From: an uncultured Planctomycetota bacterium
GTDB lineage: Bacteria > Planctomycetota > Planctomycetia > Gemmatales > Gemmataceae
Length of the DNA stretch: 64,000 nt
Assembly: GCA_963849325.1 (NCBI GenBank)
Contig: CAWKHF010000010.1
Coordinates: 416,001-480,000, forward strand
Direction of reading: 5' to 3'
Position numbers and translations under genes: made by a program
Shown here: piece after piece, positions 10,146 to 20,445 of the stretch
Position numbering within the stretch: the first letter of the stretch is position 1
How the letters are laid out: each line of letters begins with the position of its first letter
Notes under the pieces: generated by a model
The model's input: only the letters and a program-made list of their open reading frames with translations
The model's database searches: none
Told to the model about the DNA's origin: nothing

Positions 10146-11419
10146 TTAGTCTCTCCGGACGGCTCGGCGCCCCTGGACGAACAGCGGTTGCAGGTGACGG
10201 ACAAAGAGGTTCTCCGTGACGTTTTTCGTAATCGTGCCCTCGCAGGCCGCGAGCATCTTCCGATAGCGCTGGCCCATCTGGGCGGCGATCTTGTAGCCGA
10301 CGTGGATCAACTGGCGCAGATGGGGGTTGAAGGCTGGGCAGCGCGGATCGTGACGCAGCGCCGCTACGAACTGCTCGGCCGACCAGCCTCGGACCTCGCC
10401 CTCGGAAGGGAGCCGGGCTGGATCGATGTCGATCACCGCCGCGTAAGGCTCGCACAGGGCTTCGCGCTTTGTCAGCGCCTTGCCGTAAATCTCCTTGGCC
10501 AGCTCAAGCCCCTCGCCGCCCGCCTCGGCCAAGCCAATGACTTCTTCCAGCCAGGTCGTGCCGGCGGTCTTCAGATGGACACCCGCATCCAGATTGGCCA
10601 GCGTCCGCCGGATCGGCGCGTACAACGAGAACTTGTCGCTGCCGGAATGGACGCTCAACTTGAGGTTCTCCGGCAGCCCGTAACGGCGGACGGCGAAGGC
10701 GATGACCGCGACGTCCTGGCGAAACTCTTGCTCGAACTGGTCCAGGTCACCAACGTAGTCCACGCCCTTGTTGAACCGTCCGGTGAACTTCGGCGCGATC
10801 GTCTGAACGGGAATGCCCTCGTCGGCGAGAGCGGCGAGGATGACCAGCAGCTCCGGCGGCGTCTGCGGACTGTCGGTCTCATCCATCGAGACCTCGGTGA
10901 TGAAGCGACCCTCGCCCTTGGCCGCGGCGATCTTACGGTAAATGCGGCCGGCCTCCTGGACCGCCAGCAGATACTTCCCGGCGATCCGTTCGACATCCGC
11001 CCGCGTCGTCGCAAACGGCTTGTCGATCCTCGGCACCTCCAGGCGGCCGACGAGTTCCGGGTGCCGGTCGGCGAACGCCCTCACCGCGCCGGCGTCGGCG
11101 GACTGGCCGATCGCATCGGCAACGTCGAGGGTGTAGAAATCGCTGGAGGCAAGAAAACCGTCCACGGTGCCGAGGCGGATGTGGTCGGCGTCCACGTGGT
11201 AGGGCTTGTTCCATCCCAACTCGCGCACCGCCGTGTCCGCCGCCGCGCGGACGCTGCCCGGTTCCGAGCCGACGGTCGTGTGCTCCCGATGTGACTTGTT
11301 CCAGACCGGGATGACGTTCGCGCCCTGCTCGGCGGCGAGCATGCAGGCACGCAATTGCGCCGCGCCTGGTGGGCGAAGCGGTCCCCAACTCCAAAAGAGA
11401 ATTTCCCGAGTGTCAACAT
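10146..11419 (-). CDS. uxaE: tagaturonate/fructuronate epimerase (UxaE family); frameshift near 11363
   Basis: [55 protein letters not shown] and [11 protein letters not shown]. Confidence 0.85.
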
Positions 11420-11600
11420 GGTTGCGCTCAACCTCGATGGAGAAGGGTCTGTCCCGGATTGCCGGTGTTCTACGCACGCCGCCGAGGGAGACAAGGCTTT
11501 TCGCCGCCGGGTTACTTTTCCTTTTCCGTCTCGACCCGGCGTTGCTAGGATAACTTCGCACCGGCGCTTCATTTCATCCTGGCGAGGAAAGGGGGAGAAC

Positions 11601-13037
11601 ATGAAAAAGGGGAACCTGTCACGGCGCGGTTTCATGCAGCGCGCCCTGGGGGCGTTGACCGTCGCGGGACTGCCGGCCTGGTACGCTCGGGACGTACTGG
11701 CCGCGGAGGAAAAAGAGGGGAGCAAGAAGGCGTCCGCCAACGACCGTCTGACGATGGGCGTCGTCGGCATCGGCAGTCCGGCGAGCCGCAGCTTGCAGGT
11801 CATCAACGCCTCCGGCCCGAGCGTCAAATCCAAGCAGTTGACCTACGTGGTTGGCTGCGACGTCGATGCCCGTCACCGCGACCGCGCCACCGAGGAGATG
11901 CGCAAGAGGGGCTTCAAGGATTTCGCGGCCTCGTTCAAGGATTACCGCGAATTGCTCAACCACCAGGGCATCGACTGTGTCCTGGTTGCCACGCCCGACC
12001 ATTGGCACGCCCAGGTCGCCATCGACGCCATGAAGGCCGGCAAGGACGTCTACTGCGAGAAGCCGTTGACGCTGACCGTCGCCGAGTCCGTGGCGATCCA
12101 GAAGGTATCGAAGGATACGGGCAAAATCCTCCAGACCGGCAGCCAGCAGCGCAGCGAGTACGGCGGCATGTTCCGTCTCGCCGTCGAACTGGTCCGCTCC
12201 GGCCGCATCGGCAAGATCAAGACCATCGAATGTCGCATCGGCGGCAACCCGACCAGCGGCGCCATTCCGGCGGTGGCTCCTCCCGAGGGGCTGGACTGGG
12301 ACTTCTGGCTCGGCCCGACCGCCAAGGTGCCCTACCGCCAAAAGGGCAAGCAGACGAATTGCCACTACGAGTTCCGCTGGTGGTACGAATATTCCGGCGG
12401 CAAGATGACCGACTGGGGCGCTCATCACCTCGACATCGCCCAGTGGGCGATGGGCAAGGACGGCAGCGGCCCGGTGGCCGTGGAGGTCGTCAAGGCGGCC
12501 GAGCCTTACAAGGGGGGCGATGGCTACAATTGCCATCCCAATTTCCAGGTGCAATACACCTACGACAACGGTACGAAGGTGTTTGCCATGAGCGGCGGCG
12601 GCACCGATTTCGGCGACAAGCTGGTCAACAAGGACGGCGCTCCCAAGCGCAACGACGGCAAGCCCATGCGGGTCGGCCCGGACGAGAACGGCGTGCTAAT
12701 CCAGGGCGAGAGTGGCACCATCTTCGTTGGCCGCGGCGCCCTGCTGGCCAGCGACGCCAAGCTCCTGTCCGAACCGCTCAAGGAAGATCCGAAAGTCTAC
12801 GACGGCCGGCCGACCAACCACGTGCAAAATTTCGTGGATTGCGTCAAGAGCCGGAAACGACCGATCTGCAACGTCGTGGTGGGCGGCGGCTCGGTGATCG
12901 TCTGCCACATCGGCGTGATCGCCTTGCAGACGGGCAAGAAGCTGAAGTGGGATCCGCAGTCGCATCGCTTCGATGACGCCGAGGCGAACAAGCTGTTGTC
13001 CCGGCCGCGCCGCGAGCCGTGGAAGCTCAATGTCTAA
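11601..13037 (+). CDS. Tat-exported Gfo/Idh/MocA family oxidoreductase
   Basis: Twin-arginine signal [21 protein letters not shown] and [13 protein letters not shown] motifs. Confidence 0.92.
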   Translation: MKKGNLSRRGFMQRALGALTVAGLPAWYARDVLAAEEKEGSKKASANDRLTMGVVGIGSPASRSLQVINASGPSVKSKQLTYVVGCDVDARHRDRATEEMRKRGFKDFAASFKDYRELLNHQGIDCVLVATPDHWHAQVAIDAMKAGKDVYCEKPLTLTVAESVAIQKVSKDTGKILQTGSQQRSEYGGMFRLAVELVRSGRIGKIKTIECRIGGNPTSGAIPAVAPPEGLDWDFWLGPTAKVPYRQKGKQTNCHYEFRWWYEYSGGKMTDWGAHHLDIAQWAMGKDGSGPVAVEVVKAAEPYKGGDGYNCHPNFQVQYTYDNGTKVFAMSGGGTDFGDKLVNKDGAPKRNDGKPMRVGPDENGVLIQGESGTIFVGRGALLASDAKLLSEPLKEDPKVYDGRPTNHVQNFVDCVKSRKRPICNVVVGGGSVIVCHIGVIALQTGKKLKWDPQSHRFDDAEANKLLSRPRREPWKLNV

Positions 13038-13057
13038 GGACGAGCGGACAAAACCTC

Positions 13058-13107
13058 TCCGAGCCTGAAGCGTAAGCGAAGATCTTCGCTTACGCTTCAG
13101 GCTCGGA
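13058..13107. repeat. REP-like palindrome, family A, copy 3 (between convergent genes)
   Basis: Perfect palindrome TCCGAGCCTGAAGCGTAAGCGAAGATCTTCGCTTACGCTTCAGGCTCGGA. Confidence 0.9.
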
Positions 13108-13109
13108 CC

Positions 13110-13634
13110 TCACATCCGCACGCGCGCGAGGTCGGCGGCGCCGACCAGTACGCCCAGCGGTATCCAGATCCAGACGACCTCACTGACCAGGGCACGCAGT
13201 CCCCAGCGGCTGAAGACGCCCAGTCCAATGGGAGACACCCGCACCGGACGCCAGGGCAGGAAATAACGGCGGTTGTCGAAGGGAGCGAAGAAGGCGATGC
13301 CCATGCCGCCGTCGGTCAGCGCGTCGAGCAGACTGTGGACGACCACGACCATCCAAGAGAAACCAGCCAGCAGCCACCAGGGCACGGCGAAGCAGGCGTG
13401 GCCGAGGGCGGCCACGATCAGGCTCAAGAGCGCGGCACAAAAGAGCGAGTGCGACAAGCCACGGTGGCCGAAACGTGAGCCGTAAGGGATGCCGAAGCGG
13501 AAAGCTACCACGTCCAGGTCCGGGGCCAGCGACAGAGCGGCCGACAGGACGTAGAAGGCCGGCGGCATCGGTCGGGTTGCGAACACTTCGGCCAGGCCCA
13601 CGCCGACCAGGGCGTGCGTCAGGGTCGTGGGCAT
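13110..13634 (-). CDS. membrane-bound metal-dependent hydrolase (YdjM/YbcI family)
   Basis: MPTTLTH, PDLD, HRGLSHS, HSLLDALTDGG and PFDNRRYFLPWRP motifs. Confidence 0.9.
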   Translation of the reverse strand: MPTTLTHALVGVGLAEVFATRPMPPAFYVLSAALSLAPDLDVVAFRFGIPYGSRFGHRGLSHSLFCAALLSLIVAALGHACFAVPWWLLAGFSWMVVVVHSLLDALTDGGMGIAFFAPFDNRRYFLPWRPVRVSPIGLGVFSRWGLRALVSEVVWIWIPLGVLVGAADLARVRM

Positions 13635-13641
13635 TCGTTCC

Positions 13642-14506
13642 TCATCCTTGTAGGGAGCCTTCCATCCGCGACAGGTCGTCGCGGACCTTCTGGCCTTGCT
13701 GCAACATCGCTTCCAGGGCGGCGGCATCCTCTTGCGTCAGGATCTGGCGGAAGCGGTGCAATTGCGCTTCGAGCCGGTCCAGCGCTTCGAGCAGGTGCGT
13801 TCGGTTGGCGCGGAAGATCGCCGACCACAGGCCCGGCTGACCGGCGGCCAGCCGCGTCGTGTCGCGGAAGCCGGTCGCGGTAAGGTCGTACAGTTCCGGC
13901 GGCAGGATGCTCGCCAGGGCCGACGAGAGCAGGTGCGGCAGGTGGCTCGTGAGGGCGAGAGCGCGATCGTGCTCCTCGGCGTCCATCACGCTGCACGCAC
14001 GCGCCCAGGGCCGACCAGAAGTCGCGGATTCGTGACAGGGCGTTGTCACTGGTGTTCGCGTCCGGCGTGACGATCACCAGCCGGCCCTCCAGCAAACCGG
14101 CGTTGGCGTGAGCAAGTCCATGTTTCTCCGAACCGGCTAAGGGATGACTGCCGACGAACTCGACGCCAGCGGGCAGCTGGCCGCGCACGTCGCGGACGAT
14201 GGTCGCCTTGGTGCTGCCCACGTCGGTCAACAGCGCGCCGGGGCGGCAATGACCCGCCGCCTCGACGACGGCGGAGGCGATGACGTCCACCGGCGGACAG
14301 AAGACCACGAGGTCGGCATCCGCCACGGCGGCGGATGGTTGCGGATGCGCCTCGTCGAGCATTCCGTCGCGGAGCGCCTGCTCCAGCACGAGAGGTTGTG
14401 CATCGGCGCCGACGATGCGGGCGGCGACACCGCGACGCCGCGCGGCCAGGGCGATGGAGCCGCCCAGCAGACCGACGCCGACGATGGCCAGAGTGGGAAT
14501 GCGCAT
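13642..14506 (-). CDS. tyrA: prephenate/arogenate dehydrogenase; frameshift near 13990
   Basis: IVGVGLLGGS, TDVGSTK, FVGSHPLAGSE, EEHDRALALTSHLPH and GFRDTTRLA. Confidence 0.9.
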
Positions 14507-14521
14507 GTCCTACCTGAGAAG

Positions 14522-14606
14522 AGGGAATAGGGAATAGGGAATAAGGGAGTAGGGAAGAGAAGAAGACTCTTCCCTACTCCCTATTCCCTATTCCCTATTC
14601 CCTATT
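14522..14606. repeat. inverted short-tandem-repeat hairpin, 7-nt unit AGGGAAT / ATTCCCT
   Basis: About five forward units, a short spacer, then about five reverse-complement units. Confidence 0.85.
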
Positions 14607-16106
14607 TCCTGCTGCGTGCGCCGGAACCGTTCGGCCATCTCCCGTGCGATGCGGGCACGGATCGCCTGGTCGCGCAGTCCGTGGTCGCGGCCAGGGTGGA
14701 CCTCGACAACCGCGTCGCTGCCCAGCCGGGTCAGCGACTCCTTCCAGCGCATCACGGCGCCGTCGAGGTAGAACGTGTCGGCGCCGCCGGTCCATACGTG
14801 CAGTTTGCCGGCCAGCTTGGGGGCCGAGCGCTTTCCAGTTGCGTTCGAGCACCCGGCGGATGTCGTAACCCTCCCACGTCTTCGCCACCTCCGGGTCGAT
14901 GGTCCCGGTAGCGCGGTCCCAGAGCCGGCGCGGCCGGCCATCGGGACCGCGCGGGCTGAAGACCGCCTCGAACGAGCCGAGCTGTCCGCCGTGGCCCATC
15001 ACCTCTTCCATGTCCGAGAAGGGCTTGAAGAAGAGGACCGGCTTGCCGCCCTGGCGCGCGAGCGGCCGCTTCTCGCCGCGCCCGTCCACGAACAGGTTGG
15101 CGTCCGGCCTCGTCAGGTCGATGCGCTGGAAATCGCGGAAATCGACCGGGTCGGGCGACGTGGACCAAACACCGTTGAAGTGCTCGGGGTAGGTGATTTG
15201 CAACCATAGGCTGCTCCAGCCGCCGGACGAGTGGCCGGTGACGAAGCGCGCCTGGCCGCTGCCGATGGCCCGATACGTCGTCTCGATGTGGGGGATCAGC
15301 TCCTCGATAAGGGCGCGGCCGCACGGGCCGTTGTTGGCCGAGTCCGCGAAGACGTGATGGCCGAGGCGGCAACTCGGGTCGAGGACGACGTAGATCATTT
15401 CCACGCCCGCCACGTCGGTCGCGTCGCGCTGGGCGGCGGCAGGCGCGCCGAAGTGCGTGCCGCTGAATCCGGGAACTTCGTAAACGACGGGGTAGCGCCG
15501 GCGCGGGTCGGCGGCGTAGGAGCGCGGCAGAACGACGCCGGCGCGCAGGTGCGTCGAACGGCCGTGGAAGGCCGTCAGCAACTTGCTCTCGATGTCCACC
15601 AGCTTGACGCGCTCCGTCTGGGGGAACGGCCGCGTTTTGTGTACCTGGTCGATCTTCAATGCCACCGGCCCGCTCCCGGCGCCGTCCAGTTCACGGCGGA
15701 CGGTTGCGCTATGGCCGTTGCCGTCGGCGGTGCTGAAACTGCGGCCGCCTCGATCGAAGTCCATGACCGCCTGGATGGAGTAGGTCGCCTTGGGTACTTT
15801 CGCCATCGCCGCCGGGAAGGCGAGCGCGTCGCCGCCGAGGACGATTGTCTGCCCCGGCCGCCAGTCCTTGACGTCCTTGGCGAAGAACGGCTCGGGTCGG
15901 AACCAATCGGGTCCGGGGCGCAATTCCTTGACGTCCTGCCGGAAAAGCATGACGTAGACGCGGCCGGTGAACGGCTGCGCCGAAACGCCGCGCTCAAAGG
16001 TCAAGTGAAACTCCAGCGGACGTTGCTGGGCGTCGGCCCCGTTCGGGGCCAGCAGCAGCAACAGACCGGCGACGCGAACCGGGAGACGATTCGTTGTCAG
16101 CGACAT
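14588..16106 (-). CDS. secreted alpha/beta-hydrolase (esterase family); frameshift near 14820
   Basis: Signal peptide, nucleophile elbow TGHSSGGWS, and DTFYL...DHG in the C-terminal frame. Confidence 0.85.
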
Positions 16107-16224
16107 AAGCGGGATCCTCGCCTCACCGAAACGAGTCCTGGACTGCGGATAAAACAGCAGTGTAAAGGGACTCTCCCGTGCGGAGCAAGGCCGATCCATA
16201 TTCCCCCGGTAGGGAAGTTCCGCC

Positions 16225-16277
16225 TGGAGGACGGCCTTCCTAGGCCGTCCGGGACGGGCTGGGAAGACCGTCTTACA
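16225..16277. repeat. imperfect REP-like inverted repeat
   Basis: TGGAGGACGGCCTTCCTAGGCCGTCC...GGACGGGCTGGGAAGACCGTCTTACA; the two halves are near reverse complements. Confidence 0.55.
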
Positions 16278-16605
16278 GGATGCTCTTGCGGGCCGAGGGA
16301 ATAAGAATGGGAGAAAACCTGGGAAAACGATGAATCGGATATTGACATCCAGAAATCCCTTATTAGAGTGAAGGGTTATCGGCCCTCAGAAGATTTACTC
16401 CTTTACGGGTGCTTTCTCCGCGCACCCGCCGGCGCGTGCCGGGCCATCTGGGGGGATGGTCCCTCGACGTGATGTCCCGGAGAATGTCCGGCGATTGGCC
16501 AACCGCGTCTTCTCGCCCTTCCAGAGATCGCCGCATCGAATCCGTGTCCGGCAGGCAAAAGGCGGAGGGGACAGCTCTTCAATCGAGAAAGGCGGTGGGA
16601 CGATC

Positions 16606-18282
16606 ATGACTCGAAACATGCGCCTGGGCACAGCGATCGTTGGAGGGATGGCCGTCATCGCGGCTGTCGCCTGGCTCTCCTATTCCCTGGGCTCGCGGGC
16701 GGGGGAGAAGAAGTATCACGTCATCAGTGGCTTCGCCTGGGGCCGCGACGAATGGGCCGAACGCACCAAGGGAATTCGGACCAGCTACAACCCCGACGAC
16801 GATCTCAATGCCGACACGCTCACCCTCGTGCCCGGCGACGAGCGCTGGCTGGACTTCATGTACTGGTGCTACAACAACAAGATGATCGAGCATCAGGTCG
16901 AGGCCTACGGAGGGACGGAATGGGAGGGGCCCAAGGGCGGCGTGCTGTTTCACTGGGCCCCCGGCTCGCGCTGGGAGACGCATACGCTGGCCAGCTTCGG
17001 ATTCACCGTCGGCCACGTCATCGGCGAGCATCGCTGGACCGACACGATGTTCCCCGACTTCTTCGAGAAGTACGGCGGCGTCTATGGCATCAACGTCAAG
17101 GACCGCTTGACCGAGATCGACCCGTCCTCGCCGGCGGCCTGGGTGGAATTCCTCGACTTCGGCGGCGGCGCCAACAGCCCCCACTATCGCTATCTGTTTC
17201 ATCGCCCGGCGGTGATCGACCCCGTACACGAGCGCGTCTATCTGCTCGGCGGCCAGGGGGTGGGCTTCGAGTATACTTTCGAGCGCTTCTATCATGAGGT
17301 GCGCGAGGTGCTCACCGACGCCAAGGCGTTCCAGTTTTTCCAGCTCTACGATACCTACGGTCCCGGTTTCGCCAGCCGCGGCGGCTGGGCGCGGAACAAC
17401 TTGAGCCCGCATCTGCGTGACCTGTACGCGCTCAACGACGAGAGCCATTGGGCCACCCGGCCTGGCGTCGCCAAGTCGGTCAAGTATCAACCCAATCCGC
17501 CGGCGCCGGTCCTGCCCACCGAGTTGCCCGAGCCGGATGCGGTTCGACGTGGGCAGGCCATCTATCACAACCAATGCGCCGTCTGTCACGGCATCGGCGG
17601 CGACGGCAACGGCTTTCTCGCCTACGGCTTTGACGTGAAACCGCGCGATTTCCGCCAGGGTTGGTACAAGTTCCGCTCGACCCGGAACGGCGAACTGCCC
17701 ACCTTCGACGACGTCGAGCGTACCATCCGCCAGGGTGTGCCCAATAGCACGATGCCAGCGTGGGGACAGTTCCTTTCGCCGTCGGAGATTCACGACGTGG
17801 CCCGCTATCTGGCTACCTTCTCCGAGCGTTTCACGGACGCCTGGAGGGAGTCGCGGCAACCGCAAAAGTTGACGGTCCCCGAGGCGCCCGCGGACCTCGC
17901 CGTCCTCAGCGGTCGGGGCGCCGAACTGTACAAGTCGCTCAGTTGCAACAGTTGTCACGGCGACAAAGGCCAGGGCAATGGCTCCTCGGCCGCCACCTTG
18001 AAAGACAACTGGGAGATCCCCACGACGCCCACCGACCTCACCTACAAATGGCTGTTCAAAAATGGCCACGCGCCGGCCGACGTTTACCGCACTATCGTCG
18101 GCGGACTGGCGGGTACGCCGATGCCAGCGACGGAGGGGGCGGTCTCCGACGAGCGCGATCGGTGGGCGCTGGTGTCCTACGTCCTTTCCCTTTCCCCCGC
18201 CGAGCGTCCCGCCCTGCACTTGTCGGACTTCAAACGTCGCTTGCCGGCGGCGATTGACAAACGCGGGATCGTGAGGAGATAG
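16606..18282 (+). CDS. membrane-anchored/exported dihaem c-type cytochrome with an uncharacterised N-terminal domain
   Basis: N-terminal hydrophobic segment; two CxxCH motifs (CAVCH, CNSCH), each followed by a Met-ligand region (STMPAW, TPMPA). Confidence 0.85.
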   Translation: MTRNMRLGTAIVGGMAVIAAVAWLSYSLGSRAGEKKYHVISGFAWGRDEWAERTKGIRTSYNPDDDLNADTLTLVPGDERWLDFMYWCYNNKMIEHQVEAYGGTEWEGPKGGVLFHWAPGSRWETHTLASFGFTVGHVIGEHRWTDTMFPDFFEKYGGVYGINVKDRLTEIDPSSPAAWVEFLDFGGGANSPHYRYLFHRPAVIDPVHERVYLLGGQGVGFEYTFERFYHEVREVLTDAKAFQFFQLYDTYGPGFASRGGWARNNLSPHLRDLYALNDESHWATRPGVAKSVKYQPNPPAPVLPTELPEPDAVRRGQAIYHNQCAVCHGIGGDGNGFLAYGFDVKPRDFRQGWYKFRSTRNGELPTFDDVERTIRQGVPNSTMPAWGQFLSPSEIHDVARYLATFSERFTDAWRESRQPQKLTVPEAPADLAVLSGRGAELYKSLSCNSCHGDKGQGNGSSAATLKDNWEIPTTPTDLTYKWLFKNGHAPADVYRTIVGGLAGTPMPATEGAVSDERDRWALVSYVLSLSPAERPALHLSDFKRRLPAAIDKRGIVRR

Positions 18283-18285
18283 CGT

Positions 18286-18453
18286 ATGCGTTGGACCTAT
18301 TCCCGAGTGATTTTGTGCGTTGTGCTGCTCGCGGCGGTCGTGACGACCACCGTCCTCGCCGTTGGGACCGGCCGCCGCGACCGTCCCCAACGGCTCATGA
18401 ACGTCGGCGGCTCGACCAATCCGTGTACCTGCACGCAGCGCCTCGAACGGTGA
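18286..18453 (+). CDS. small membrane/secreted peptide (55 aa, not in the ORF track)
   Basis: ATG 3 nt after the cytochrome stop; MRWTYSRVILCVVLLAAVVTTTVLAVG...NPCTCTQRLER*. Confidence 0.5.
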   Translation: MRWTYSRVILCVVLLAAVVTTTVLAVGTGRRDRPQRLMNVGGSTNPCTCTQRLER

Positions 18454-18627
18454 CGGTCTCCGCCATCGAGGTCCGAAGCGTGAGCGCGGGAAAGGTCTTC
18501 TCGTGCGCACCTTTCGGACTCCGACGTTTGGCCTCGTTTTTCCTCCGGACCTGGTATACACTTTGCAATGAGTAACCTGCCTCACCCGCCCTCCCGCCGC
18601 CGACCTCACCACCCGGGGGACTTGACG

Positions 18628-19989
18628 ATGTTGAACCTGTCCATGAACGAACGTCATCGTTATTGTGATGGCCTCAGCCGCCGCGGCTTTCTCCAGGCCG
18701 GCGTCCTCGGCGCGGCTGGACTGGCCCTGCCCGACTGGCTCCGCCTGAAGGCCCGCGCTTCCGAGAGCGGACAGGCCGCCCGCGACACCGCCGTCATTCT
18801 CATCTGGCTGGATGGCGGGCCGACGCACCTCGATACGTATGACCTCAAGCCGGAGGCTCCGGCCGAGTATCGCGGCGAGTTGAAGCCGATCCGCACCAAC
18901 GTGCCCGGTATCGACATCTGCGAATACTTCCCCGAGCAGGCGAAGGTCATGGACAAACTGGCCATCGTCCGCTCGCTGCACCACACGACGGGCGACCACT
19001 TCGCGGCCGCCCACTGGATGCTGACCGGCTACTTCGGCTCGACGGCGGTCAAGCTCGATGCCATGTATCCGTCTGCCGGCTCCATCACGGCCAAGCTGCG
19101 CGGCGCCAATCGGCCGGGACTGCCGGCCTACGTCGCCGTACCCAACGCCGCCAGCGTCGGCCTGGTCCCCGGCTACAACGGCGGTGCGTACCTCGGCACC
19201 TCATACAACCCCTTCCAGACCGGCAGCGATCCCAACGCGGCGAACTTCTCGGTGCGCAACCTGACACTGCCCGGCGGCCTGACGCTGGGTCAACTGGAAG
19301 ACCGCAAACGACTGCTCGGCAGCTTCGACACCCTTCGCCGCGACGTCGACCGCAGCGGCACGCTGGACAGCCTCGACAAGTTTCAGCGCGACGCCTACGA
19401 GATGATCTCCGGGCCGGCCGCCCGGCGCGCCTTCGACATCGGCGCCGAGGATCCGCGCCTGCGCGATCGCTACGGCCGGCACACCTGGGGGCAGAGCTGT
19501 CTGCTGGCCCGACGCCTCGTCGAGTCCGGTGTGACATTCGTGACCGTCCCCATGGCCGGGTGGGACCATCACGCCAACATTTTCCCGGGCATGAAGAACT
19601 TGCTGCCCCGCGTCGATCGCGCCGTCGCCGCCCTGGTGCGCGATCTCAGCGAGCGCGGCCTGTACGAGCGGGTGGCCGTGTGCCTGTGCGGCGAGTTCGG
19701 CCGAGCGCCGCGGTTGACCAATTTTCCGGGCCAGCCCGGCGTCGGCCGCGATCACTGGGGCGAGGCCGGCTTCGTGCTCCTGGGTGGCGGCGGACTCAAG
19801 ACCGGCGTCACGGTCGGCGCCACGACCGCCAAGGGCGAGCGGCCGAAGGAGCACCCCGTCAGCCCCGCCGACATGCTGGCGACGCTCTATCACGTCCTGG
19901 GCATCGATACCAAGCAAACCTTCCTCGACCGCTCCGGCCGACCGCACCCGATCCTCAACGGCGGCGAGGCGATCGCCGAATTGGTGTAA
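18628..19989 (+). CDS. DUF1501 domain-containing protein (Tat signal)
   Basis: SRRGFLQAG, WLDGGPTHLDTYDLKP, LLARRLVESGV, GEFGR and GRDHW motifs; family expanded in Planctomycetes. Confidence 0.92.
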   Translation: MLNLSMNERHRYCDGLSRRGFLQAGVLGAAGLALPDWLRLKARASESGQAARDTAVILIWLDGGPTHLDTYDLKPEAPAEYRGELKPIRTNVPGIDICEYFPEQAKVMDKLAIVRSLHHTTGDHFAAAHWMLTGYFGSTAVKLDAMYPSAGSITAKLRGANRPGLPAYVAVPNAASVGLVPGYNGGAYLGTSYNPFQTGSDPNAANFSVRNLTLPGGLTLGQLEDRKRLLGSFDTLRRDVDRSGTLDSLDKFQRDAYEMISGPAARRAFDIGAEDPRLRDRYGRHTWGQSCLLARRLVESGVTFVTVPMAGWDHHANIFPGMKNLLPRVDRAVAALVRDLSERGLYERVAVCLCGEFGRAPRLTNFPGQPGVGRDHWGEAGFVLLGGGGLKTGVTVGATTAKGERPKEHPVSPADMLATLYHVLGIDTKQTFLDRSGRPHPILNGGEAIAELV

Positions 19990-19992
19990 GCC

Positions 19993-20047
19993 TCCGAGCC
20001 TGAAGCGTAAGCGAAGAGTCTTCCTTCGCTTACGCTTCAGGCTCGGA
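19993..20047. repeat. REP-like palindrome, family A, copy 4
   Basis: TCCGAGCCTGAAGCGTAAGCGAAG...CTTCGCTTACGCTTCAGGCTCGGA. Confidence 0.9.
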
Positions 20048-20251
20048 AGGGTTTGTCTCCTTGCCGTTCAATTTCGCCTGTTCGCGCATCATGGCGTCGG
20101 CGAACAGGTACGCCTCCTCGGCGACGCGCAGGGCGTATTGGTCCGGCGATTCGGCCCCCGATTTCTTCGGCGCGTTGGGTCCGCCCAGAAGTCCCTGCAA
20201 GGCGTGCCCAGCGAACCAGTCGCGCAAATCCATTTGTTGCTCTTCCGTCAT
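20030..20251 (-). CDS. small hypothetical protein (LRDWFA...AY..ADAM motif, common in phage genomes)
   Basis: MTEEQQMDLRDWFAGHALQGLL...AEEAYLFADAMMRE; GGAG-type RBS upstream. Confidence 0.7.
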   Translation of the reverse strand: MTEEQQMDLRDWFAGHALQGLLGGPNAPKKSGAESPDQYALRVAEEAYLFADAMMREQAKLNGKETNPSEPEA

Positions 20252-20353
20252 GGCGCTTTCTCCGCGTGGCAAGAATGGGCGGCGAGACTCGCCACCATGC
20301 AGCGTAAGGCTCGGCGTTCCGCTTGTCTATGGGGACGGTGCGCCGCCTCCGCC

Positions 20354-20383
20354 TTGACGGCGCGCGATAAAAAAACCTACGAT
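20354..20383 (+). promoter_or_regulatory. putative sigma70 promoter for ispG
   Basis: TTGACG-N18-TACGAT, about 60 nt upstream of the start. Confidence 0.4.
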
Positions 20384-20445
20384 TACAAGGCAAGGATGCT
20401 CGCCGTCGAGACTTTCTCACGGCGTCCCTCACAAGGACCCGAGTT

